Assembly (NCBI GenBank): GCA_973895155.1
Contig: OZ316894.1
Coordinates: 26,962,340 to 27,026,339, forward strand
DNA: 64,000 nt
Source: Marsupella aquatica
Lineage: Eukaryota; Plantae; Marchantiophyta
Direction: 5' to 3'
Shown here: positions 36,067-48,225 of the stretch, piece by piece
Layout: each line of letters opens with the position of its first letter
Numbering within the stretch: the first letter of the stretch is position 1
Notes under the pieces: generated by a model
What the model saw: only the letters and a program-made list of their open reading frames with translations
Databases searched by the model: none
What the model was told of the DNA's origin: nothing
Program-made: the position numbers and the translations under genes

Positions 36067-38679
36067 ATGACTGACCTTACGCCGAGGGAAGAAAGAGTGA
36101 TTCAACGGGAGAGAGCTCGACTGCAGCAGCTCGCCGGGTGGCATGATACACAGCGACTGAGAGGGGCAGAAAGAGCTGGTAGCTCCGAAACTGGAAGTGG
36201 CGTCGAAGAAGACATACCAGAAGAAGAGTCGGTAAGGAGAAGTGAGTCTACAACCGACATGGGGGAACCAGAGGCACGGCCAGACGAGAGGTCAGGGACC
36301 AGATTGAGCCAGCGGTCGCGCATACATTACAAGGCATTTCATGGGAGAGGAGATGAGGATCCGGACGAATGGTTGGATGATTTCGAGGGAACCGCTGCAG
36401 CAAATGGAGAATCGGCCATCAAGATGCAGATTCTTCCCGGCCTGTTCAAGGGTGAGGCTAGGCCTTGGTACAGAGCATTAGATGTGGAAGATCAAGCCAT
36501 CTGGGATATCTTCAAAACACTCTTTGTTAAGGAGTTTCGACCCATTGGAACTTCAGAACTAGCAGTGCTGAAGTTGGGACAACTTCGGTTCAAGGAGAAC
36601 AAATCCTTCAGAAAGTTCTTGCAACGCTTTCAGAAACTGGTAAGACGTACAAAGACCAATGCATCTGAAGGTATGCAACTTCAATGGTTGGTGAATGCTT
36701 TGCCACAGAAGATGAGTTTTGCAATTAGGAAGGAGAACCCGGAGACTTTAGCCGAAGCAATTAAGGATATTCAATTATACATTAATGCAGATATCACAAG
36801 CCGGAAGAAACAGCTTAAGTCTGAGAGTTCCTCATCAGAGGAGGGATCACCCCATAAGAAAAAAGATAAGAAGAAGAAACATTCCAAGAAGTCTAGAAGT
36901 GATAAGTCAAGCTCGGATAGTGGGAGTAGCAAGAGTGAGTCATCTTCTAGTTCTGAAGAAGAAAAAACTAGGAAAAGGAAGGGCAGAAGGAGAGGGAAGA
37001 CGAAAGTCAAGATGGAGGCTAAGCCACCAGATAACATCGTAGCCCTTACCGAGCAACTTAAGGCTATCATTGCAGAGGTAAAACCAAAGAAGAAGGTAGT
37101 ACAGGAGGATAGCTCTGTATGGTGTGCCTTATGTTATAAAACCGGACACCATAAAGATGCTTGTCCTAAGCTTAATACTAATCATGTTCGGCATGTGGCC
37201 GAGATCAGACCATGTCAGGGAGAAGTAGAGTACTTTTTAGGAGATGCCGCTGATAGTGTTTTCGGCATCAGTGAGATTGGAGCACGAGACCTATCCAACA
37301 GACCTGCATCTCTGTGGTCAGGGTTAAGGAACAATCCAGGAGAGATGTATCCTCGGATTATTCAGAACCCGTCAGTACCTCCTAGGCCGAATGTGCAAAG
37401 ATTTGCGGCGTGCTATAATTGTGGTCAACCTGGCCATTTTGCTAGAGAATGCCCGAATGCACGCAAATAGGGTGATGGACAACCAGCTCAGCTATGTATG
37501 GGATGCCGACAGGAAGGTCATATGCTAGGGCAATGTCCTACTTGGTTGGCAGGCCTGGCCGCAAATCATAAGCTTTTGCCGATCAAGATCTTACCGCCAG
37601 GTACTACCCCCGGAGGAGTTCAAATCAACCACATCGAACTAGGATGGCAAGAGGATGCCGAGGCAGAGTTCGTACCATCTGATGATGAGGCCGAAGCCCT
37701 ATCAACCTTCTCAGAGGAGGATTTAGATCATGATTGCTATCGGGTCTCTACTCGATCTACCAGAAGGAAGGAAAGGTGGGATGGGCTGGCCAAAAATAAA
37801 GGGAAGGTTACGGAGGAAAGGATCGACTCTTCGTCAACATCAACAGAAGGAGAAGGGAGGGCTCCGGCAATACAGGTAAGCCATGAGCCCACCAGTGAAA
37901 CCAATCCTTCACAAGATAGCGACTTCAATCGAGATCATCCTAAGTTGTTCTACCCCTCTGTTACGGCTAGTGTTAAGGAACAACTAAGAGAATTAGAAAC
38001 CCTGGAGAATACCGAAGCCATTGCCAAAGATGTAAAACGAGCAAAAGCATTGTTTGCTTCGGAAGACCCAACAGCTGTGGAGACTAGCGTGGCAAAACTG
38101 GCCGAATCCAAGGAAACACCACCAGAGGAGAAGCCGATTGTTCCCTATGACCTGGCTAAAGATGTACTAGAATCTAGAGTCTCGGCAACAGTAGGTCAAC
38201 TATTGAAAAATAGCCCGTACTTCCGGAAGCAATTAAGGAAGGCTATTCTCGGCAAGCCGAGATTACCCAAGGTAGCAACCAGATCCGACGTACTAATGAT
38301 AGAAGAAGATCAAGGAGCCCCAGCATTACCATTAATGATTCAAGGAGAATTATTACTACAGGTACCCATCGATGGAGGATCAGGGGTATGTATTATGATT
38401 GATTCAACAGCAAAAGGGTGGGGTCTAACACCGGAGATGACTGGAAGAGTGTTGAACATGGCCAATGGATATCAGGTCATTCCTACGGGAGTGTTAACCG
38501 GCATCAAGACAGAGATAGGAGGTATCTTCTTTAGCATTAACTATGTAGTAATGAAGCCGGTAAACCCTACGTCATTCCGACTATTGATTGGTAGGCCATG
38601 GCTGTACCTAGCCGAGGTAATAGAAGATTGGGGTAAAAAGCAGTTCACTTTCGGGACCCCCTCTATCACAGTATCCTAG
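36067..38679 (+). pseudogene. gag: gag with three CCHC knuckles, plus aspartic protease
   Basis: FHGRGDEDPDEWLDDF...FKGEARPWY capsid motif. Knuckles CALCYKTGHHKDAC, CYNCGQPGHFAREC and CMGCRQEGHMLGQC. Protease IDGGSG and LLIGRPWL. In-frame TAG at 37468 and 38677. Confidence 0.92.
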
Positions 38680-38963
38680 GACACTAAGGATGACCGTAGG
38701 AAAAGCATAAGGGAAGTAGATGGGTACGACAGTGGACTGGAGTCAGCCGATGAAGTACGTTGGTTAGAATGCCTCACTAACCTAACCGAAGAAGGTGTCT
38801 TTGGACCAGAGGTACCCCCCAGCGGATTATGGCAAGAACCAATGGAAGGTGACTTGGAAGAAGAAGACGAAGAGGTCGAGGACTGCTTTACAATAGAATC
38901 CACCTTTTTAGCTGCAATTCCGGAGGAAGTAAAGGATGTAGACCAATTGGATGAAACGGCTAA

Positions 38964-41900
38964 GTGGGGAGCAGTAGCAGGGACAATGAATTTTCTGCAG
39001 GCGTTGTGGTAGAGCCGGCAGGGTTCACAACGCCATCGATCATCGGCAAGGAACTAAATACCAAGGGATCGGCATACAAGCCGATTACAAGGGCAGAACA
39101 AATTGAGGCCCTATTAGAAGCCGAGAGAGCACAGCGGCCTAACTCTCAGGAGCAAGAGGTGGATGAGATGGACAGACACGATCTAGAGCCAAGGCAGGAA
39201 GGGGAGCCGACCACTAATTCAAAACCGAATAGACCGGTAAGGGGACAATCTATGGACACCAAGGAAGGGACCGACTCGGCTAGTCCAGCCGAAATCCCAG
39301 TTTATGGAGGTATGAGATTAGAGAGACTGGAAGCCGAACTGGACCCGAATTTGAAGAAGCAGATTAATATGATCCAAGCACGGCAATATCGGAAGCTCGA
39401 CTTAGGAGAGGGAAGAGAACTGAACTTAGGGAGAAACCTAGCACCTGAGCTCGAGAAAGAGATTAGTGACTTATTGATTGAATTTCAGGATGTGTTTGCA
39501 TGGAGTCACCAAGATCTAAAGGGAGTAGATCCAACACTAGGGGAACATCGAATTGATCTCATGTTAGGAGCCAAATCATTCCGACAACCAATTCGAAGGA
39601 TGAACCCGAAGTATTCCCTGCTGGTCAAAACAGAAATCGACAAACTAGTGGAAGCTGGATTCATCACTCCAGTCCTGCATTCAGACTGGGTGTCTCCAAT
39701 TGTGATAGTTCCCAAGAAAGCTGGACCCGATGGTAAAACCAAGATCCGGGTTTGTCAGGATTACAGGAAGCTGAATGAAGCAACATTAAAAGACCATTTT
39801 CCTTTACCGTTTACTGATATGGTACTAGACATGGTAGCCAGTCATGAACTATATTCATTCATGGATGGATACTCTGGTTATAACCAAATCAGGATTCGGC
39901 AGGAAGACCAAATCAAGACGGCCTTCATCACGGAATGGGGGATCTATGTCTTCAATCGTATGCCGTTTGGACTCTGCAACGCACCAGCTATGTTCCAACG
40001 ATTAATGGTGAACATTTTTCATGATTACTTGAGAAAGTTCATGGAAATCTTCATTGATGACTTTGCAGTATTCGGGAAGGCATCGAAACATGCTAAATAC
40101 CTCAGGAAAACCTTCATAAGATGTAGAGAGGTGGGTCTCAAGTTACACCCAGATAAATGTTTTTTTGCAGTAACCGAGGGGGTGCTACTAGGTCACAAGG
40201 TATCAAGGAAGGGCATTGAGATTGACAAAGATAAGCTAGCAGTATGGCTAGATATCATGCAACCTAAGAACATAAAGGATGTAAGATCCTTCTTGGGATG
40301 CATTGGTTACTGTCGCCGGTTCATCAAGGATTTTGCCAAGCTAGCTTTACCATTAACCAATATGCTCAAGGCAGGAGCAGACTTCGAACCCACACCCGAA
40401 CGAGTCACAGCGGTGGTAGAATTGAAGCAGATGTTAGTAGAGGCCCCAGTCATGATAGCACCGGACTGGAACAAAGATTTTCATGTTTTTGTAGATGTCT
40501 CGGGCTTCTGTATTGGCTCAGTACTAAGTCAGTTGGATGAGAAAGGAAGGGACCATCCCATATACTTCGCAAGCCGTCAGCTTGCCGATGCCGAACGGAA
40601 CTACTCTACCACGGAAAGAGAAGCATTAGGAGTCATTTATTCTTGTAAAAAGTTTAGGCATTATTTACTAGGGTACAAGGTAATCTTTCATACTGATCAT
40701 GAAAGTTTGAAGTACCTAGTCAATAAGCCGGACCTTACAGGCAGAGTAGCAAGATGGATTTTGCTATTACAGGAGTTTGACTATGAGCTGAGGATCAAGC
40801 CGGGAATCAACGGCACGATTCAAAGATGTTTGGAAAAGAGAGAGGTAAAACGAGTCCTACGGGCCATGCATGGAGAGGAGGCCGGAGGACATTTTGCCCC
40901 AGTAACCACGTCTAAGAAGATATTAAATGCCGGTTACTGGTGGCCCACCTTGCACAAAGATGTCTATCAGTTTATCAAACAATGCGATCCTTGTCAATGA
41001 GCGGGAGGACCAAGGGCGTCCACCAGGCATCCACTGCACCCTATTCTACCTCTGGCACCATTCGAGAAGTGGGGTATTGATTACATTGGACCTCTGAAAC
41101 CACTGACCCACCCTCGACGGAACAAGTACATAATCCCGGCTACGGATTATGCAACTAAATGGGTAGAGGCCAGACCAACAACGAAGGATGATGCAATTAC
41201 TACGGCTAGATTCATGTATGAGCAGATCTTCACCAGGTATGGAGCACCCCTAGAATTAGTTAGTGATAGAGGAACCCATTTTTTGAATGATATAATTAGT
41301 CGTTTAAATGAGCAGTATTTAGTTAAACATAGGCCTACTACTCCCTACCATCCAAAGGCAAACGGGTTGACAGAACGAGCAAACGGAATTATAGGAAAGA
41401 TATTGAACAAGACAGTAGCTCAGAACAAACTCGATTGGGATGATAAATTGTTTGCTGCTGTTTTTGCTTACAATCTTGCCTATAAATCCACTACCGGTCA
41501 TACACCCTTCTTCTTAACCTTTGTACAAGAAGCCCTGGTACCCATGCAACTTGAGATACCGACATTTCAAGTTACAATTGAGGAAAGAGCCTCAGCGGAG
41601 GAGAGCCTAAAGGAGCGAGAATATAGGTTAGAAGCTTTAGAGGAAGTGAGAATGATTTCAGCCGAGAGAGTAGAATATAGACAGAATATCATGAAGCAGC
41701 AGTATGATAAAAGGTTAAAAGTAGTTAGTATTCATACCAGTGATCTTGTGCTACTTTATGGCAGTAGGTATAGTAGGTTTCCAGGAAAGCTTTACACTCG
41801 CTGGTTAGGACCCTTTAGAGTAACCATGATGTTCCCCAATGGCTCCGTACAATTGGCCAACATTACGGGAGAGGTATATCCAGTTCGCATCCATTATGAC

Positions 41901-41984
41901 CGCCTCAAGAAATACTATATGGACGAAGATGAAGTTGTTCGCGAGGACACTTCACAATTAAGTGGGGAGCTATGTGATGCCTAG
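38964..41984 (+). pseudogene. pol: pol: reverse transcriptase, RNase H, integrase
   Basis: WVSPIVIVPKK, DYRKLN, DGYSGYNQI, MPFGLCNAP, FIDDF. RNase H DVSG..IGSVLSQ and YSTTEREALG. Integrase H..H/CDPC, LVSDRGTHF, YHPKANGLTER, WLGPF. TGA at 40998 and an apparent deletion after IKPG (~40805). Confidence 0.96.
41960..41972 (+). other. Polypurine tract
   Basis: AAGTGGGGAGCTA directly precedes the 3' LTR TG and lies inside the last integrase codons. Confidence 0.75.
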
Positions 41985-44900
41985 ACAGGAATCACTCGGC
42001 CGGTTAAGTGGGTAAAGCAGGGAGGCACCCTAGGAACACCTTAGTATAGTGACAAAACAAGGAAAATATAAACAATTAGGGGCAACCATGGAACCCGGGC
42101 CGAGGCCGGAGGTAAGGCTAAGGGTGAAAACCCGATTAGGGTTAGGGCGCGTTAAGCGTCGGCGGCTAGGAAGGATCAACGGGAAGAAGGACCGGCAAAG
42201 GAGAGGGGTAAGGAGCGCTTGCAGGAGATAGTGGCTCATTGGCGAGCACGAACTAGGCAGACGACTACGGGAGGCCAACTACTGTCAGCTGCTTAGGCAA
42301 GCACTCGGGGAGAGAGTAGATACCGACGATCAACCTAAGGAGGGTATGAGCAACGTCAATCAAGCGGCACATTTCTGGGGATGCCTGTTCGAACGGGCAA
42401 CTGAGTACATCAAGACTTACGAGGACGAGGAATCAGAAAGGGCAGCTCGAGAACGGCAGGAGCTCGCTCGATTGTGGGAGCTGCAGAAGACGGCTTTCTT
42501 AGGAGGCGAACTCATCAAGGACGAGTTCCAGTGGACGCCTACTTCCAATCAACTCGATGATCTTCTGTTTTGCAAAGACAGCGTCGTCGGCATCCGAGAG
42601 GCCATCAAGAACTGCAACGACATACACTAGGAATTAAAGGGTAGCACGGAAAGGTGGACCCAGGCAACGGTGCTAGGAGAAACCTCCACGGCAGCAAAGA
42701 TGAAGAGGAAGGGAGCCGTCAACGATGAAGCCACCCCGGCAAAAAGAACGAGGTCGGCGGCACCAAAGAAGCCAGCCGAGCAGCAGAGCAGGAGGCAGGG
42801 AGAAGCCGAAGAGGAGGAGGTCGATCCCATCAAGGCCATTCCAACCAGGGATGACACCTGGAAGGGCTGGACGGCAACCCTACCGGTGGAGGTGCAACTA
42901 CATTTTGCACGGGAGGAGGATGCATGCTTTACGGCCATGCAGACCAAGAATACCAAGGCTTCATGGCCGGATCCGGCTTGGAGGCCTTTGTAAGATTACC
43001 ATGGCTGAAGCCGGAGGTACCGGAGTCAGACCTATTAGAATTCGTGGGGTCATGGGAACCCGAGACCAATTGCACGAGGATATATGGGAAGGATTTCTAT
43101 CTTACTCCCAAGGTAATTGCCGAAGTGTTTGGCCTGCCGATAGGCAATAAGACCAAAGTTGATACCAGGAAGACCTTGCCTAACAAGGAGTTCCGGTCGT
43201 TCCCCGGGCCATCAACGAAGAATGGCTTCTTCCGGAACACCTGCACCAACCCGCACATAGGAGAGATGATCGACTTCTTGCGGGTGACCATGCATTGTAA
43301 CTTGCCGAGGGCAGAGATCGGCAAGGCACAGGTCTATCTGGCAGAAAGGCCAGACCCAAGCCGGGACTACAACGGGTACCTCCTCAACCAATTGAAGAAG
43401 ATCTTAAAGGAGGAGCAGTAGGTAATCGGCATGGGGAGCGTGTCGCGGCTTGGCTATCACATGCCACTGTTGTGCCGGTATGCCAGAGGTCAGACTTTTG
43501 CCCCGGTACTTCCCCTACAGGTAAGGGCACCCGAGGAAGCTCCAACGCCGAGGCCGTTGGCTGAGAAGCCTCAACCACCTGTTAGTCCTACGATCGAGCA
43601 GGTGTTTAGGCCCAGGAAGGAGGACTTGCCGATGCAGCAACCAGGCATGCAGAGTCTGCTGAAACTACTGGAGAAAGAAAAAAAATCGACATCGGCAACA
43701 ACAACGGCAACGGCAACAATGCAGGACACTACTACAGAGGTAGGCCTACACCGGCTCACAAGAGAAAACCCCTTTGCTGGAGACAAGGAGAGAATCAGGC
43801 CGGAATCCAAGCCAGGTGTTCGAATGTACGTGGGAACCTCAAGCTCCGAATCTGAGGTAGAATTGCCTGAAGCTCCTACCGACGAAGAGGAGAGGGAGAA
43901 GCCGGACGTCCAAGAGGTAGAGGAGGCAGTGGAGGACTGCAGCCATGATAATTCCGGCTATGGGTCGGACCATCACGTTCCAGGAGTAAGGACCTGTGGC
44001 CGGTTTGTCCCCACACTTCCAAGGGTAGTGCGAGGGGACCCCAACCAGCAGAGTAGCCCTGAGTCTCCCCCACCAGGATGTTGCTCCCCCGAGCTTCGAC
44101 GGCATAAAACAGACGGTGCAGGAATTTCAGGAGCGAATCAAGCAGGAGGAGGAGGCCGCCCTGGCTAAGGAAAAGGATTTACCAGGAGGAGATTGGCCGG
44201 AGGACATCAGGCGGCTAGCCGAAAAAGGAAGCAAACCTCTAGCCACGATTGAAGAGATCCGCAGGACGGCTTGGGAGCAGAGGCCACGATGGGCGATGCC
44301 GATCACTTCTACTTACTCCACCTACGCTAAGAATAGAGCCATGGAGTATGGTGAGATGTGTGGGGAACTTGCGCTCGGCATCTTTGGAGAGGAGTTGGAG
44401 GTAGGACCCTTTTTCCATAGGGAGCAGTTGGAGAAGCACCAATTAGAAGAAGCGGTGGCTTTAGAGAGAAGCAAGAAGGACGAGGTCATTCGGCGGCTTA
44501 GGAGGATGGAAGCCGAGATTGAAGATCTAAGGGCGGCCAAGAAAGCCCAAGATGAACTGCGGATTAAACGACATGAGCTGAACATCATGCAGGGGCAGTT
44601 GGACACCGCGCAGGCTGATAATCAGAATATCAAGGATAAACTGACTCAGACGCAGGAAGAGTTGGCCGACACGATCAAAGAGAGGGAGAAGTGGAAGCAA
44701 GAGCTGAAGAATACAGAGGAGGCCCACATAACAGCCAACAGCCGGGCCATGGCGGAGACCCAAAGAAAGGAATGGGCGTTGAAAGGGGAGCTCGAGAAAA
44801 TCCGCGGAGCCCTTGAGCAGAAGGAGGCCGAGTTAGGGAAATCCTATCAAGGGATTATGGCGCTGCAGCAGGAGCTTGCGTCCCTGACGGCCAGCTTCAA

Positions 44901-46632
44901 GGCCGACCTAAGGGAGAAGGACGAGATGCTCGAACAGACTTACGCCAAGATGAACCAGATGGAGTCTGTCATCATTGCAGAGCTCGACAAGGAGCTAAGA
45001 GCAACCCGGGAGGAGAGGGCTACCTTGAAGAAGGAATTGGAGGAAGCCCACAGGGAGCAGGAGGAGGCCAAAAACGAGCTGGAGGGGGCACGTAAGGACC
45101 TGGATGAAACCCAAGAGGAGTTGGAGGAAATCACGAGGAAGATGGAGAACCTACAGCGGCGGGCCGACAACCAAACAGAGCGGCTGAAGAAACAAGCCGC
45201 AGTATTTAAATGCTTAGCTGCAGCAGGTCCATCTCCCGTTGGGACAAACCAGTTACCAGGGGTGGTAATTGCCGAAGGACAAGCCGCGCCACCTGCACCA
45301 GTGCCGGGAGTAAGTGGGAAGGGGAAGGGACCAGCTGCCGAGCCACCAACGAAGAAGAAGCGGAAACCTTCAGGGTCAAGGAGTAATACGACTTCACAGG
45401 CCGTGGTGATCAAGGAGGTAGACCCAGCACCGACCCCAGACAGGGTCACGGCTAAGGATCCAACTACCCTAGGGGAAGGGGAGGCCGAAGCCAAGGGAGT
45501 GGCTGAAGCCGAAGCCGTGGGAGTGGCTGAGGCCGAAGCCGTGGGTATTGCCGAGGCCGGTGTCGAGGCTGAAGCCAAAGGTGGACCCAGTCAGGCCGAG
45601 GGAGAGTTGACTCGGTCAAGGGCAGGTAATCTGTCAGTAGGCGGGCCAACGGTAGTGGCTGAGGAGGAAGTGTTGGGGGCGTCCATTGAGGATCCACCAC
45701 CGGTGTCGTGACGGTGCAAGGGCGCCGTTCCTTTTAGGGAGGGCGGACGTGGAGGGAGGAGACGTGAGTGGGCAGGGCGGGCGCGGATCTCCACGTTTAG
45801 GATTAGGATTAGAACCAGGAGCGGCCCTGACACTTAGCTTAGTGGGATTGCGGTTCCACTGGTAGGAGCAACACTTGTGCTCCTGCCTTACTGTACATAG
45901 GTAGATTCGGGCAAGTAGATTACTGTCAGGTAGATTAGGCTTACGATGCAAAGAATGGCGGATCCACTACCAGGATAAGTACCTGGGCAGCGGGGAGCTC
46001 AGGGCCTCTTCTTTAGCAAGTTTTTAGTTTGCACCAGCCGGGCTGGGATCAAGTAGTACGAGAAGCTCTCGGTTAGTCATACAGTGACCCTTGTGTATAT
46101 TCATGTTTCCTCATGCCTAAGAGCTGAATAGAGTTGGCCTCACGGCTTAGTTCGCAGAACTTGTGTATGAGATGTACTGTTTGTATGGCAAGTGCATGGT
46201 ATGACTCAGTCAGAATGAGTCATTTTGCTATTTGTGTGTCGCATTAACTTGTGTGAAGAGTGCCCACATCAACAGAAGGAAGGAAAGTAAGCAGGGGAGT
46301 GAGAGTTGGATGTGTCAAGCTGAGAGAGGTCTTAGCGGCTTAACCAAGCCTATTGGGGATCATTCCGGCGGCGGAATCCAAACATACCTAACAAGACGGA
46401 GGGGAAGATAGGGGAAGACAGGGGAAGGCCTATATTAGGCCGGCTACGTATCTCATGACCCGATGAAGGATCTGTCCAGTATATGTGTGTAAAATGTTAA
46501 TAGTAGTAGTAGAAGGTTAGCAGCGTCCCATGCCGCTAAGCCGCGGAAACGGCCTCGCCAAGCACGAAACCTGCGGGAATCGGCTTGAGCTGGGGGGTTT
46601 CTTGGGTTTAGGGAGCCATGGGACGCACCACA
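41973..46632 (+). repeat. 3' LTR (4660 bp)
   Basis: TGTGATGCCTAGAC...GGGACGCACCACA, a direct repeat of the 5' LTR. Confidence 0.96.
42088..45711 (+). pseudogene. LTR-encoded ORF (3' LTR copy)
   Basis: Same protein. Stops at 42229, 42628 and 43419; frameshifts at ~42951 and ~44076. Confidence 0.85.
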
Positions 46633-46759
46633 CAACTCCTCCGTTGTCCTCACATGTACTGCCTCTGCACGTACATCCATGACCATATCAGAGTCCAATC
46701 ATGTATAGTCATAGACACAGGTGCCAGGTGCGAGACCGGTGTGAGATGTCCTCATCTTA

Positions 46760-47329
46760 CTACCACATCAAATACGGATACCAATCCTGTTGTCGATGCC
46801 ACTCAGCCCTGAGGTACTCAGGCATGTACATTAAGTCATCAAGGTCTAAACCCTGCTCATGCCATCGTGGTCTTCGATCCGTGCCTACAAGCAGTGGCAG
46901 CAGTGCCCTCCATGGTGCACATGTTGCTACCAAGTCCCTCCACTGGGTACTAATTAGTCTATATTTGCAGATATCTTGTGCGCCAGACACCACAAGAACC
47001 CTCGGCCAGACATGTGTAAGAACTATATCATCTGCCAAATCAGGCAACAAGGAACCACCTACAGCATCGTGCTTGTCTAACTCATCTGCTGAAAAGTAAA
47101 TGTCCTCTTCCGACTGTGCATCCTCATTCACCACAGCATTCACAACACATCCAAGGTCTGCAGGCATTATCTCGGATGGAGCTACACTCTGTCTGGTTAC
47201 CAATCCACACAAGTAAGCCCAAGCAGTAGCCATGCACGATGCAACCCGTAGGAGGACCCTACATAGGGCCTGACGGTCTGGAAGAGGCAGCATACCCACC
47301 AAAGTCTTCAGCCAAACAGAGCCCAGCAA
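46760..47329 (-). CDS. F-box-like cargo ORF in CACTA-2, probably decayed
   Basis: LLPDLADDIVLTHVWPRV......ICKYRLISTQWRDLV fits the F-box pattern LP.LPDDI...IL.R.....R.VCK.WR.L. Confidence 0.65.
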   Translation of the reverse strand: MLGSVWLKTLVGMLPLPDRQALCRVLLRVASCMATAWAYLCGLVTRQSVAPSEIMPADLGCVVNAVVNEDAQSEEDIYFSADELDKHDAVGGSLLPDLADDIVLTHVWPRVLVVSGAQDICKYRLISTQWRDLVATCAPWRALLPLLVGTDRRPRWHEQGLDLDDLMYMPEYLRAEWHRQQDWYPYLMW

Positions 47330-47469
47330 GTAGATTCACAGTCACACCCCACGCAGCAGGAAACAACAATCACTTCAACTGCGACCAACCATGACAAGAT
47401 GAGTTAGTTCAAGGATCACATTTATTACAAAATTGTGTTTTATACAAAAATATGAGGGACTCCTACTCC

Positions 47470-48225
47470 TCACTCTCTCCCACCTTTGCTAAGCATACAT
47501 CTCCGCTGAATCTTGGAGGGCCAGGCCTCAAAAATATCAAAGTCCCAAGCATTCTGTCGCTTCCCTCTAGCTACTGATTCCAGAAGCCAATCAGGGGAAA
47601 GCACCCAAAGATTGTTGTTCATGACAAAATCACGCACTGTTGTCTTAAAGAATTTTCTGCATATTTTCATGTATGACAGACCTACAACATGAGTGGAGGT
47701 TTCTGTTAGACTCTCCTCCACTGTCCCACCTAGCTCAACAACTATAGACTTGTACAGTCTGCACTTAGTCTCCCCAATTCCTTCTTCTGCAAATACCACA
47801 CTGAACCCCTTCATAATGGTATTTCTCTCCTTGCCATGCTCATTCAATATAGCATCTGCACGCATAGGATGGTGTCCTATGTTGACAACAGGTCCATATT
47901 GGACAGAAGCAAAGTTGGGTTTCTCTGCCGCTGCTTCATAGGCTTCCTTTTCAGCCAAAGCCTCTGCAGTGGCCTCCTCACTCTCCCACAACTCATATTG
48001 CTCAGTACTCTGTACACACCTATGTTTAACAGAATCGGTCAGCCAAGAGACTTCAACTACTTTTAGACCTTGGTTGGTAATGGCAGAAACAATGAAGGAC
48101 CATGACCACTTGTTCATCACATCCAGCCATGTCCCCGCAACAACATGTGTAGTCTGTGGAGTGATGTCCTTGACTTCAGTCCCATGGAACTCTGAGAATC
48201 GTTTTTGTACGATTGGCCAACTCAC
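47470..48225 (-). CDS. Tandem BRCT protein, similar to the plant DNA polymerase lambda N-terminal BRCT; start uncertain
   Basis: Two units: ITPQTTHVVA...VVEVSWLTDSV and MKGFSVVFAEEGI...IVVELGGTVEESLTETSTHVVG...VLSPDWLLESVARGKR. Confidence 0.8.
   Translation of the reverse strand: MSWPIVQKRFSEFHGTEVKDITPQTTHVVAGTWLDVMNKWSWSFIVSAITNQGLKVVEVSWLTDSVKHRCVQSTEQYELWESEEATAEALAEKEAYEAAAEKPNFASVQYGPVVNIGHHPMRADAILNEHGKERNTIMKGFSVVFAEEGIGETKCRLYKSIVVELGGTVEESLTETSTHVVGLSYMKICRKFFKTTVRDFVMNNNLWVLSPDWLLESVARGKRQNAWDFDIFEAWPSKIQRRCMLSKGGRE

Larger units (their letters stand above)
31687..46632 (+). mobile_element. Ty3/Gypsy LTR retrotransposon, non-chromovirus type (Athila/Tat-like RT motifs), 14.9 kb, defective
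   Basis: LTR-PBS-gag-PR-RT-RH-IN-PPT-LTR order. LTR termini TG...CA. No chromodomain. Flanks ATAAC and CAACT do not form a TSD. Confidence 0.97.

Noticed and set aside
37468-37470. Programmed stop read-through between gag and pol
   Set aside because: The TAG falls between zinc knuckles and the element has several other stops, so a CAG-to-TAG mutation is simpler.
42088-45711. LTR ORF as an env glycoprotein or captured myosin/SMC gene
   Set aside because: No evident signal peptide, transmembrane segment, motor or ATPase motif; the similarity is generic coiled coil.
31687-46632. The 4.3-kb duplication as an assembly artefact or segmental duplication
   Set aside because: It has TG...CA ends, PBS and PPT at the exact borders, copy-specific differences, and a same-length solo copy with a TSD.
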